Origin: Carcharhinus amblyrhynchos
Taxonomy: Eukaryota
Direction of reading: 5' to 3'
DNA: 64,000 bases
Assembly (NCBI GenBank): GCA_965287045.1
Contig: OZ336873.1
Coordinates: 20,584,001 to 20,648,000, forward strand
In this document: positions 13,051 to 23,755 of the stretch, in pieces
Layout: the number at the start of each line of letters is the position of its first letter
Numbering within the stretch: position 1 is the stretch's first letter
The notes under the pieces: generated by a model
Database searches by the model: none
Told to the model about the DNA's origin: nothing
What the model saw: only the letters and a program-made list of their open reading frames with translations
Position numbers and translations under genes: made by a program

Positions 13051-13350
13051 GGCAGCATTGTGACAAGGTGGTTAGCACTGCTGCCTCACAGTGCCAGGGA
13101 ACAATTCCTGGCTTGGGTCCCCGTCTGTGCAGAGTCTTCACGTTCTCCCCATATCTGCATGGTTTTCCTCTGGGTGCTCCAGTTTCCTTCTACAGTCTGA
13201 AAAATGTACTGGTCAGGTGCATTGGCCTTGCTAAATTCTCCCTCAGTGTACCCAAACAGGTGCCAGAGTGTGGCAACAAGGGGGTTTTCACAGTAACTTC
13301 ATTGCAGTGTTAATGTAAGCCTACTTGTGACACTATTACTTAAACTTTAA
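13051..13350 (+). mobile_element. HE1-type V-SINE, tail B
   Basis: ggttagcactgctgcctcacagtgccaggg head; tail B at about 13235-13350. Confidence 0.9.
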
Positions 13351-13718
13351 AAGGGGAGAGGGTTGCGACAGCGATATGTAGTGAGTGGCCTTCCTGCTGT
13401 TAAATCTACCCACCCATTATCTGTCTGAAATTTTACCAGAGACACAAAGGCATCAGGCATCCTGCCCACCTTTGGTCCCATTGAAGACTTTAAGTGGGTA
13501 ATGCCTGGGGGATGTTCACCCATGAGGAAGGCCTGACAGTTTTAACTATGTGGGCTGCTGTTGGCTGGGGCCTCTTTTGGCGTTCACCCCCATCTCCCCC
13601 CCCCCCCCCCCCCCACCCCCTCAGATCAGCAGAGACTGTGGGCCTGCACTAAGGTCTGCTCGGAAGTGGCAGCCTGCACCAAGGTGAGGATCTATTTCAG
13701 CTTGGGTTGAAATCTCAC

Positions 13719-13855
13719 GGCCGGGATTCTCTGATTTTGCTCATTCCGCCCCCTCTCCCAGCGAGAACGAAGAATTTGGCGCTCAGCCAAGATTCCATTC
13801 ACTGCAGCAGGACCTGAGAACCCCAGCTGTGGGTGAGGTCGGAGAATCCCAGGCC
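13719..13855. mobile_element. MITE, PIF/Harbinger-like
   Basis: Ends ggccgggattctc ... ggagaatcccaggcc, flanked by CAC/CAC. A reverse-complement relative lies at 20030-20165. Confidence 0.75.
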
Positions 13856-14971
13856 CACCTGTCTTTTATTCCGGATGGGGCTGCGCAAAGTACAAAAGGG
13901 TAGCAGTACAGGCAGCATTCTGTTGTGCAACACTCAGGTACAGCTCATTACCAGGACTGTAATAATTGCTTTTGTTACATCAAAGGCCTGAATGTGACCT
14001 GACAGGCTTGCACAAGGCCCCAGGTCTACACGAAGCCCACTGATTAAATGAATAACAAAACCAGATCAGGGCTTTTTCACAACCGGGAATTTTCACCTGA
14101 ACTAAGTACAGTACATCAATCTCAAAGTTACCCCTGTTCTCATTCAAAATGCTAAACCCAACTGCTGGCCAGAATCAAATTCTAATGGCACAGCTAGAGA
14201 ACAGAAGAGCACTGGTTACTTACACGTCCATCATGCATTCATCAGAGCCTATTGTCCACAATGTTGTGAATCCTGCAATCACACTCTAACCCTTATGGAC
14301 TACAAAGGATACATTGAAGACTATCAAAAAGAAAAACTTCATGCAGGAGCAGTCATTATAATGGCTCTCACACATGTGAAAGAGCATCAGTAAGTCTCCA
14401 TCAGTGCTGTGATATTCTGTCCCTTAGGGGCTTCAATGTAAACTTTCAACCACATTCTGCCTTAACACCTTGCAGATTAGGGCCATTAGGCCAATGCTTC
14501 TCGCTCTTTTGTGTACAAGACTCACTCTGACTGACCTGACCCTGGTCCAGCCCTCACCGTCAGTACATGGGATGAATGCAGATTTTAAAATGTCAATCCC
14601 GCCTGTCCCCACTAACATCTCAGTATTCCACTGGCCTTGTTCTTAGATTTCGTGGATGAACCTGAGGCAGCAGATTGCTTTATTTTACAAAGAAATTTTG
14701 AATTGCACTTGTGTTTCTGGCATGGCTAAATTATGATTCATGTCCTTGGAATATAATATAGGGCGAGTGAAAAAAAAGAGTCCAAGGCATTGCAAATTTT
14801 GTCAGACTTTGATTATGCGAAGCCAATCCACAGTGACGCTGGCAGCATTGTCTTGGTTCGAAGCTGTTAATATGAATTGAAAAGCAGGATTACTTTGGGT
14901 TGGATCCTGCCAACAAAGCTGTTGGAAAGGACGGTTTGGATTTTATAGGGAGACATATATTACCCATCTCC

Positions 14972-15370
14972 TGTAATAAGTCATCAGAGGCAGAAGTCAT
15001 TTTACCAAAATCCCTTTATTTATAAGTGTGACAACAGCATACAAAGTGCGATCAGTTTGCAGTCTACACGCGGAGTTCCAGAGGAACTGACACGCCTGAT
15101 TAAGTACAAAGAAAGAGGCTCCCAGATTGGCCCATCAATTTGGCCCTTAATAAAGGAGTTCATATTCTAACAAGTCATTACACCTCCCCTAATAGGAAAG
15201 CTGACAGTGAGCCCACTGACTTGGAAGCTGGCTTTGGCCCCAGCAGCACCGGGATTCGGCTGTGGCCACCAGTGCCCCTGGGGAAGAAGAGTCATGGAAT
15301 CCAGATACTGATGCAGCGGATGGGTCTGACTGGGGAGGCTGACGGCAGGAAGGAGGTTAGGTTAGAGAGG
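14972..15370 (-). mobile_element. LTR retrotransposon remnant (Gypsy-like): 211-bp 3' LTR (14972-15182), polypurine tract and a stub of internal sequence
   Basis: TGTAAT...ATTACA termini. On the minus strand AGGGGAGG (PPT-like) directly precedes TGTAATGAC, and a minus-strand AATAAA lies inside the LTR near 15015. Confidence 0.7.
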
Positions 15371-15849
15371 CCTTGGAGTGTTAAAAAAGGAGTGGGGGAG
15401 TGGATCTGATCATTTTGGAGAGGGATGGTGGGGGGAGTGTCTTCCATGTGGCAATTGAAAGGAGTTCCCCCCGCCTCCCCTTTGCCTGACAGCAACATGC
15501 ACAGTGAAAGCGGCTGGACTCCCTGCTTTGCCCCCACTTTCTCCTGCTGTAAATAAAATGGTGGCGGAGGTTGAATGAGGACCTCCAGTAGTTATTACTG
15601 TCTATTTATAGGCCAGAATAGGCCACAGGGTGGGTGGGGTGTCTGATACCTTCCCTGCATGCGCATATCCCCCCCGCCCCCACACATAATATGGGAGATA
15701 GAGTGGGAGGGCCACCGCTTTATTTTACGAGCCCCTGCCATTTTCCGATACACTGGCAGAGGCCTGAAAAATCCAGCCCAACAGTTTTCACAATTTCACA
15801 GAGTTTGTGAATGCAAATGCTAACTGATTTCCTTCTTCATCAGAAAGTT

Positions 15850-16225
15850 TGTGATGAGACATCTGGTTATTGGTTTCTCTGAAGGTTCAATGTTTGAAAT
15901 GCTCAGGGTATTGGGACATTGGAGGGGTTGATGGTGTGACAAATGTTGATGAAGTTGAAATAGATGGAAATGATGGAGCTTTCTGGATAAGCAACACAGT
16001 TACAACATTAATTACCAGCAGAACACTCAATGACCTCGCCAAGAACATTGACCTGGATTCCATTCGAAACCCAATCATTGGGAATTCACAAATTGCACCT
16101 TCACTCCATAGCTTTTTATCCCCAGTGCTCAAGATGGGAATGAGCTAATCTCCATTGTAGTTGGCACCAGAAGGTGTAGAGACATTTGAGAGGCTGTTTA
16201 CTTCCTGAAGAGAAGGAAAAGGGCA
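15850..16225 (+). mobile_element. Probable highly decayed RTE-clade LINE fragment
   Basis: Remnant peptides (DGVTNVDEVE; EGVETFER) appear in the order expected for the RTE RT C-terminus. Weak. Confidence 0.35.
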
Positions 16226-16395
16226 GTTGAATTTATTGTACAGTTTGAAATTAAATGCGTCAGTCCTTTTAAACACTTGTCATACAGAATAATCAATTTG
16301 GGTTGAATGCTGCTGATACTTGGAAAAAGTTGGGTGTAAGCTGGCTGATGGAATTCTCTTTCCTTTCTTTCCTTACTGGCACTCTGTACAGTATA

Positions 16396-16709
16396 TAGAA
16401 TAGAATCATAGAATTTCTACAGCCCAGAAGGAGGCCATTCAGCCCATTGAACCTGCACCGACAACAATCCTACCCAGTCCCTATCCCCATAACCCTATGT
16501 ATTTACCCTGCTAATCCACCTGATGCTAAGGAGTAATTTACTGTGACCAATCAAACTAACCCACACATCTTTGGACTGTGGGAAGAAACCAGGGCACCTG
16601 GAGGAAAACCATGCAGAAAAGGGGAGAATGTGTAAACTCCACACAGTGACCTGAGGCCAGATTGAACTCAGGTCCCTGGCACCGTGAGGCAGCAGTACTA
16701 ACCACTGTG
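16396..16709 (-). mobile_element. HE1-type V-SINE, tail A
   Basis: Head, V-domain and CR1-like tail. Confidence 0.9.
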
Positions 16710-17427
16710 GAAGTTTCAGAAATCTTCCACAAAGTGACCATTGTTCACATATGGATCTAGACTGTATCAGTCGGCTGTTCACATGTGGAGGTTATTACGG
16801 TCAAGTGCGATCTTGCCTTCCACATTTTTGAGGAACACTGTTTTCTGCGCGGGTTCCTGGGTAGTAATGAGGAGTGTAGCGATCTTACCGCGGATCAGGA
16901 ATCCAACCAGCAGTTTTCAGATTTCAACAGCTTTATCCACTATCCCATTGGGATAGCTTAATCTAGCTCTTCATAAAGCTTAACTACTTTTCTGCTTGAA
17001 TAATGATCAGATACATTTCATGTAAAGTCAGGGGGCATTGTTTATAATAAAAGGATATAAATTTTAGCTTGGATATTTTGGATTTTTAATTATTGTAATT
17101 TTAGTAATCAAATTTTTGTGGACAAACGAAATCCACTTAATTATCAGCAATAACAGCCAGGTGGGTTCAGACAGCAATGCAGAACTGTGCACATTGAAGT
17201 GCCAGCTGTGGTGACGTTGATCTTGTCTTCTTCCAATGGTCCTCAGTCAAGGTGCTAGATAACATTCAGTGCTTCTGGCCAGTGGAACAAGGGCAAGAGT
17301 ATAAAGTCCACTTACTGAGGAAGGTGCATAATTCCCCACTTCTGAAGTTACTCAGGACTAAACCCACACCAGGTTACACCTCAACCAATTTCAGACTATG
17401 GAGTCCAACTGGGAGTTTTGGGTAAAC

Positions 17428-17779
17428 CATAGAATCCTTACGGTGTAGAAGGAAGCCATTTGGCCCATTGAGTCTGCACCAACACTCTGAAAGAGCATCT
17501 TATCCAGGTCCACAACCTCACCCTATTCATGTAACCCCACGCATTTAGTGTGGCTAATTCATGTAACCTATATACTTTTGAACATTAAGGGGCAATTTAA
17601 CATGACCAGGCCATCCAACCCGCACATCTTTGGACCGTGGGAGGAAACCAGAGCACCCGGAGGAAACCCATGCAGACGTGGGGAGAATGTACAAATTCCA
17701 GACAGTCACCTAAGGCTGGAATTGAACCTGGGTCCCTGGCGCTGTGAGGCAGCAATGCTAACCATTGTGCCACCATGCC
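17428..17779 (-). mobile_element. HE1-type V-SINE, tail A
   Basis: Full-length head, V-domain and CR1-like tail. Confidence 0.9.
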
Positions 17780-18311
17780 TTGGGACCAAAACAGAGTTCC
17801 AATTTTTCTTCCTGACTTTGTTAACGATGTTGGAGGAATCAACTGGTAATCATTTTCAAAATCATAATTTAAGACTGTAGCCATGATTCCATCCCTGTAT
17901 GCCAGTCTCACTTTTGCTTTTGGACTTAGCTAAAGATAGCAGTACTCACTCTTGCCAGTAGCAACATAAGGCTGTGTGTGGGAGCCAAGTAGTCAGCATC
18001 AGATTCGGTAGTGGCAGTAGCACATTGAAGATGACTGTTTCTTCCTGTGGTCTGGAACTTGGTGATAGACTGTAGAGGTGATGATACAGCACACTTAATA
18101 CCAGAAAGATAATGCAACAGCATAAATATTGAAGGTAGATTAGAAAACTTTTAGGCAATGTTGCAGCAGCAATGTTAAATTGGACAATGGAGGAATTAGT
18201 GCTTTATTAAAACAGGTTGTCAAATTGCACCTTTCTTACAAATTAGTATTTGCAACATACTGCAAAATGGCTACAAATGATTGGTCCTGCCTGATATCTT
18301 GTCATAAGCTA

Positions 18312-18620
18312 GGGTGGCATGGTGGCACAGTGGTTAGCACTGCTGCCACACAGTGCTAGTCTCCCGTGTTCAATTCCAGCCTCGGGTCACTGTCTGTGTG
18401 GTGTTTGCACATTCTCCCCATGTCTGTGTGGGTTTCCTCCAGGTGCTCCAGTTTCCTCCCACAGTCCAAAGATGTGCAGGTTAGGTTGGTTGGCTGTGCT
18501 AAATTGCCCCTGAGGGTGACAGGGGGATTAGGAGGGTTATGGCAATAGGACCCAGGACTGTTGTCACTGGAGACTCAATGGGCCAAATGGCCTCCTTCTG
18601 CACTGTAGATTCAATGATTC
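18312..18620 (+). mobile_element. HE1-type V-SINE, tail A
   Basis: Pol III A-box tggcacagtgg and B-box gttcaattcc, V-domain, and tail gggccaaatggcctccttctgcactgtag. Confidence 0.92.
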
Positions 18621-20029
18621 CAAATACCATGTGATCCTAACATTTTGACTGGAGAAAAAGCCTCTGTTATGGCCCCTTCATCTAAAGGCTTTAACACAGT
18701 GCTAGATTTTGAAAGTGGAAGTAGATCTATTGGCAAATAGTAGATGCATCTGGGTCAGGAAAGTTGAAACTTTTCCACAAGTTCAAATTCCTGATTGTCA
18801 AATTCCAAAAAAAAATATTTGTTCAAAGGAATGAACGATTTCATGAGAAAACGTCTCAGCTTTATAATATTACCAGCAACTCTCCAAGCTACCAGCAAAA
18901 GTAACTGTTACTGTTTTGTCTCTTCTTTTATATAATAAATAAACTGTCGTGCATTGATTGACCTACATCAAAGATTAAAAATGCACGTTGTTCCTTCTCA
19001 GTTCTGATTAAGTTGCAGCTCTTCTTTGTATTTTGTTTAAACTGCTGAAATATAACAAGAAGCAAATTTTATGAGAACTTTTTCTACTTAGTTCCAACAA
19101 CTCATAACATGCCTTTCCTGTTGACAAACTGCCCTTGTCCCACTAAATCTAGCCACAACTTGACTTGAAAGTGTTGGCTTTAAAAAAAAATTGTTACTGA
19201 AAGGACAGTAATTAATTGGGCAATTGCTCTGTTAAGTTATGTCACTATATAAAAAAGATAATTAAAATCTGAAAAACAGCAACCAACAGTTTTAATATAA
19301 GTGCTGTCGTAATCTTAATAGGAAAGTACTATGCTGAAGCAGATATGAGCTCCTACATATTTCCTTAATACAGCAATAGTTTTGAAGCATCTTTGCTAGT
19401 GACACCTTCACATCAAACAATGGTAGCCTGAGAATGGGGTCATTAACTAATAATTGGGACATTTTTGAGAATATACTTTAATTAGTGAGCCAACCCATTC
19501 CTCTCAAATTAATGATTTCTCTGTCTATTTCTTTTTGTCGGCATTGTTTAGTCTCTTTGGAACCTGAGCTGTGAAAGAGAGAGAGAGCAGCTTAGTGGTC
19601 TGTCAGTATCATTACACATCAACACAGATCCAGAGGTGAATGTCTAGACATTATTCTGTGGAATGTATATGGTGCTTTAAAGGTAGTTTAAGGGCATCTT
19701 TTTTATATATATTTTTTCATGGGGTATGGGCATCTTCTGCTAATGCCAGTACATAGTACCAACCTCCCAATTATGCTTGAGAATGTGATGGTGAGGCAAT
19801 ACTCAGAAACGTAGTATTCAGAATGGTGTTGATTACTCCTAAAGTGCCATTAGATAGGATTTCAGTCCCTTTAGCATCCCCCATTTAATTAGAATACCGT
19901 TTGGCGTAGGAGCAGGGGGTGGTGGTGAGGAGACATATCCCTTGTTTATTCTTTGTTCCAGTGTCACCAGATTTTTCCTGATTTTACCAGGTAAGGTGCC
20001 TCTCCACATAAGCTGACGTAACGATACAG

Positions 20030-20165
20030 GGCCGGAATCTCCAACCTCACCAGCAGCGAGGATTCTCTGGTCCTGCTGCAGTGGGGTGTCGATTTGGCCG
20101 AGCGCCCAATTTTCCATTCTCACTGGCAGCAGTGACGGGGCGACTGAGATTGGAGAAGGCCGGCC
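20030..20165. mobile_element. MITE, PIF/Harbinger-like
   Basis: ggccggaatctcc ... ggagaaggccggcc; reverse complement of the 13719 family; flanks CAG/CAA. Confidence 0.7.
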
Positions 20166-20169
20166 CAAG

Positions 20170-20925
20170 AGTTATCACTGGTGGGAAAAGCGGTGAGAAT
20201 TCCACCTGGTGGGTCAGCGTGTTCCAGATCGCAACTCACCCACATTTAGTTTTGTTTTGGAGCTTGGGGAGTTATCAGCCAACAAACAGGAGTGCGGGAC
20301 TGAAAGACGTTGGTGAGGCCGTCTCCTCACAGATTGAGATGCCCTGTTATTGCGACCCCTTCCACCACCCTACTGACATGGAGGACATCGCCAACCATTT
20401 ACCCCCGGAGGAACAACCGTACCTCCATCGCTCAGTGTCAAGATCAACACCACCCCCCAACACACACAGGCATGAAGGTGACCCCACCACTGCTCCCCCC
20501 CCCCCCGCCTCACTTGCCCCAAATGAGCAATCTCCTGTCATGAAGTCACAGGCCCCTCAGGGACCCCTTTTGGGCTTCGCCTCCTTCACGGAGACCTTTT
20601 GGGCCCCACCTATTTCAGACACCCCGTTAAGTGCCACGCTGGCAGTGCCAACTGCCAGGGGGCACTGCCCAGCTCTGTCTCTGATCACCCAGGGGCTGCC
20701 ATGGACTCCAAGACCCCCTGATGTGACCATCACGCCTGCTTATACCATTTATGGGGACCAGTAGTAATTTCTGCCACCTTCTTGTTCCTGGTGAATACTG
20801 GGAGCCTGGTGAATCTGGTTAAAACCCGGGGTTGCATATTTAAATACAGATTTAAATATGTTAATTTGGGTCATGCCTAGCCAGGGCATCTCTGTGGGGG
20901 CGGAGGGGTTGGGAGAATCCCAAAA
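20170..20925. mobile_element. Larger GC-rich non-autonomous DNA element
   Basis: Shares ggcactgcccagc-type motifs with 43620-44280 and 55040-55686; gggagaatccc end similar to the MITE termini. Confidence 0.5.
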
Positions 20926-21673
20926 GAGGTTCTTCTCAATGCAAATTGCATTTGGCCCATCTGGTGCGATTCTCTGACTGTAACGTGACTTGTGCTGGAA
21001 CGTGCAGGGCCAGAGAATGGCTCCAATAATCTTTGTTGAGCGTGACTTTGAGTTGCTGACAACTGACCATTTGTTTGCATCACCTCAATGACTCCAGTGT
21101 ATTGTGTGCTTCTTGACTGAAGAAAATGTAAAATGTGGGCACAGAATTGGCGTATGCTTGTCACAGCATTGCAGGATGCCTTTTTACAGAAGCAAGTTGA
21201 CTGGTTTAAATTTTAATGTACACCAGCCCAGTCCTGTGTTACAGAATCGAAAGAAACCGAAATGTGCGATGCAGCACAGAGGAGTCAAAACATTTGGCAC
21301 AATGCAGCAAGAATTAGAACTGACTTTCTTCTATAAAATATCATTATGCCTTCCCACTAACTAATAATTAAGAGCTATAATCCTGGTTAATTTCTGTCAG
21401 AGATCCTAATAAAACAATTGTATCAGTCATTTGACTTGTGCCCTCACATCCCATGTCACAAGCACTTTTGTTGCTGTATCATTTTGTAATGTGCATTGTC
21501 TAATGTGTTTTGAATGACCATGACATTACTATAAGAAAAATAAAGTTTATTTTTTATGGGAAAACCATTTTATATCATAAAGAACAAAATTTAAGTCAAT
21601 AATGTAAATAAGAGTTTGTTTATTGGTGTTTTACAACACCATCAGCATTTTTTGAATTAAAAGTTCCACTGCT

Positions 21674-21964
21674 TTAAAGTTCATTCATTAGTGTCACAAG
21701 AAGGCTTACATTAACACCATAATGAAATTACTGTGAAAATCTCCTAGTCATCACACTCTGGTGTCCGCTTGGTGACACTGAGGGAGAAATTAGCATGGCC
21801 AGTGCATCTATCCTGCACATTTTTCCCCAGGAGCACGTGGAGGAAACCCACGCGGAAACGGGGAGAATGTGCAAACTCCACACAGACAGTGACCCCTGCC
21901 GGGATTCAAACCCAGGTCCCTGGCACTGTGAGGCAGCAGTGCTAACCACTGTGCCACCCTGCCA
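21674..21964 (-). mobile_element. HE1-type V-SINE, tail B, with an internal deletion
   Basis: Head at about 21900-21964; tail B at 21674-21790. Confidence 0.9.
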
Positions 21965-22103
21965 TCCGATCCATAAGCTGACGTCAGTTCACTTCTTTAT
22001 TGTGTTATTTTCTTATTGAACATATTAATTTTATTTCAGATATCTTTGGTAATTGGAAAACACAATTCTAGCCACCAAAATACGCACTTAGTGCAGCACA
22101 TGT

Positions 22104-22375
22104 CCCGTGTCCGCATGGGTTTCCTCCAGGTGCTCCTGGGGAAAAATGTGCAGGATAGATGCACTGGCCATGCTAAATTCTCCCTCAGTGTACCCAACAG
22201 GGACCAGAGTGTGGTGACGAGGAGATTTTCACAGTAATTTCATTATTGTGTTAATGTAAGCCTGCTTGTGACACTAATGAATAAACTTTAAAGCAGTGGA
22301 ACTTTTAATTCAACAATGCTGGTGGTGTTGTAAAACACTAATAAACAAACTCCTATTTACATTATTCACTTAAAT
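22104..22375 (+). repeat. Inverted duplicate of 21589-21862 (partial SINE plus unique flank)
   Basis: The reverse-complement match extends about 85 bp beyond the SINE tail and shares the same internal deletion. Confidence 0.92.
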
Positions 22376-23461
22376 CATAAGGTGTAACAGTAATGGATTT
22401 GTTCTGATTTAGGAGAAACTCTTTGCTAAAGGGTGATCTGAAATTGAATTCATGTTTAAAAGACAGATGCAGGTCTTTCCTGCGATAGAAGCAATCATTG
22501 AGTCTGAACAGCAATAGTCTCCGCATTGTATTCTGGATGTTTTGTTCACTTTATCTGTGGAAGATTTTAACGTACCAGGTGGAAGGTCACTACTGTTTGC
22601 TATTAATATCAAATCCTAAGTATGGGGATGCAGAATTCAATCACAAATTCACTAGATGTGCATTTATTTAAAAAAAAATTACTTCCAATTGCCACTGCAA
22701 TTTGTGGGAAAAAAGAACTTTCAAAATATAGCCTGGAGCATTTTGAGAAGGTAAAATGTAATGTCTGCTCCCATTTTAACAGAACTTTTAAGATTTAAAA
22801 CTTCTTCAGAAGAGTGCATTGAAAAAATCATTTTACTAAATTTGATGTCCCAAAGAACTTTTTAAAAAAAAATCACTTTGATCCTTCATAATTGTAACAT
22901 CATACAAAGATACAACTTTTTGAAGCAACATGTTCATTTACAATATGAGGAGAATTTAATTTTATAATCTCCTAATTTGTTCACAACTAGTTTACTTGGG
23001 TCTTGAGCCTGAAGGTAAAGGACCGACCATTAGTGTTTGAAGTTAAAAAAAACAAGAAGTCGTCTAAGAGTTTGAGATCCCGCTGGTTTGATTTAATGCC
23101 AGCCCATTTGATGTCATTTGTTGGCTTTTTAAAAATTTTACTTCTGGTGTGCTGTTTTGTGTGGTTAGCATGTAAATGGGTGTTAACTATTGAAGGCACT
23201 GTTATGATGAAGGTGATTATTGAACCTTCAGCCCTCACTTCCCCAAGCTTTCAAATTCTGTCATTAACTTAGTGTCTTTCAGCAGGATTTTCACAGCACA
23301 TGTAGTGTTACCTCACCACAGTGGAAATAAACAAAAGTACCTCAGTGACGCTTGACAGGGCATGGCATTAAACTGCTGCTATTTCTCAGCCTCTGTGTCT
23401 TGTGGAGCAACCTATATCTTAAGTAAGGAGTTTATTCAAAAAATTGAGTTCTTTAAAAAAA

Positions 23462-23755
23462 ATTTGATTTGATTTATTATCGTCACGTATTGGGATACAG
23501 TGAAAAGTATTGTTACTTGCTCGATATACAGACAAAGCATACCTTTCATAGAGAAGGAAAGGAGAGGCTGCAGAATGTAGTGTTAGTCATAGTTAGGGTG
23601 TAAAGAGAGATCAGCTTAATATTCAATATTAATATTAATATTCTATTCAAGAATCTGATGGCAGCACGGAAGAAGCTTTTCTCGAGTAAGTTGGTGCATG
23701 ACCTGAGACTTTTCAATCTTTTTCCTGATGGAAGAAGGTGGAAGAGAGAATGTCT
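23462..23755 (-). mobile_element. Rex1/Babar LINE 3' fragment
   Basis: The minus strand encodes HSLFHLLPSGKRLKSLRSCTNLLEKSFFRAAIRFLN (typical Rex1/Babar C-terminus), then a 3' UTR ending ttttcactgtatcccaatacgtgacgataataaatcaaatc. Confidence 0.85.

Noticed and set aside
18312-18390. tRNA genes at SINE heads
   Set aside because: The A/B boxes continue into the V-domain and there is no complete cloverleaf. The recurring MVSTAASQ/VAQWLALLPH ORFs are SINE translations.
20081-20764. 227-aa proline-rich ORF
   Set aside because: It runs across a MITE and a GC-rich repeat, is low complexity and has no domain.
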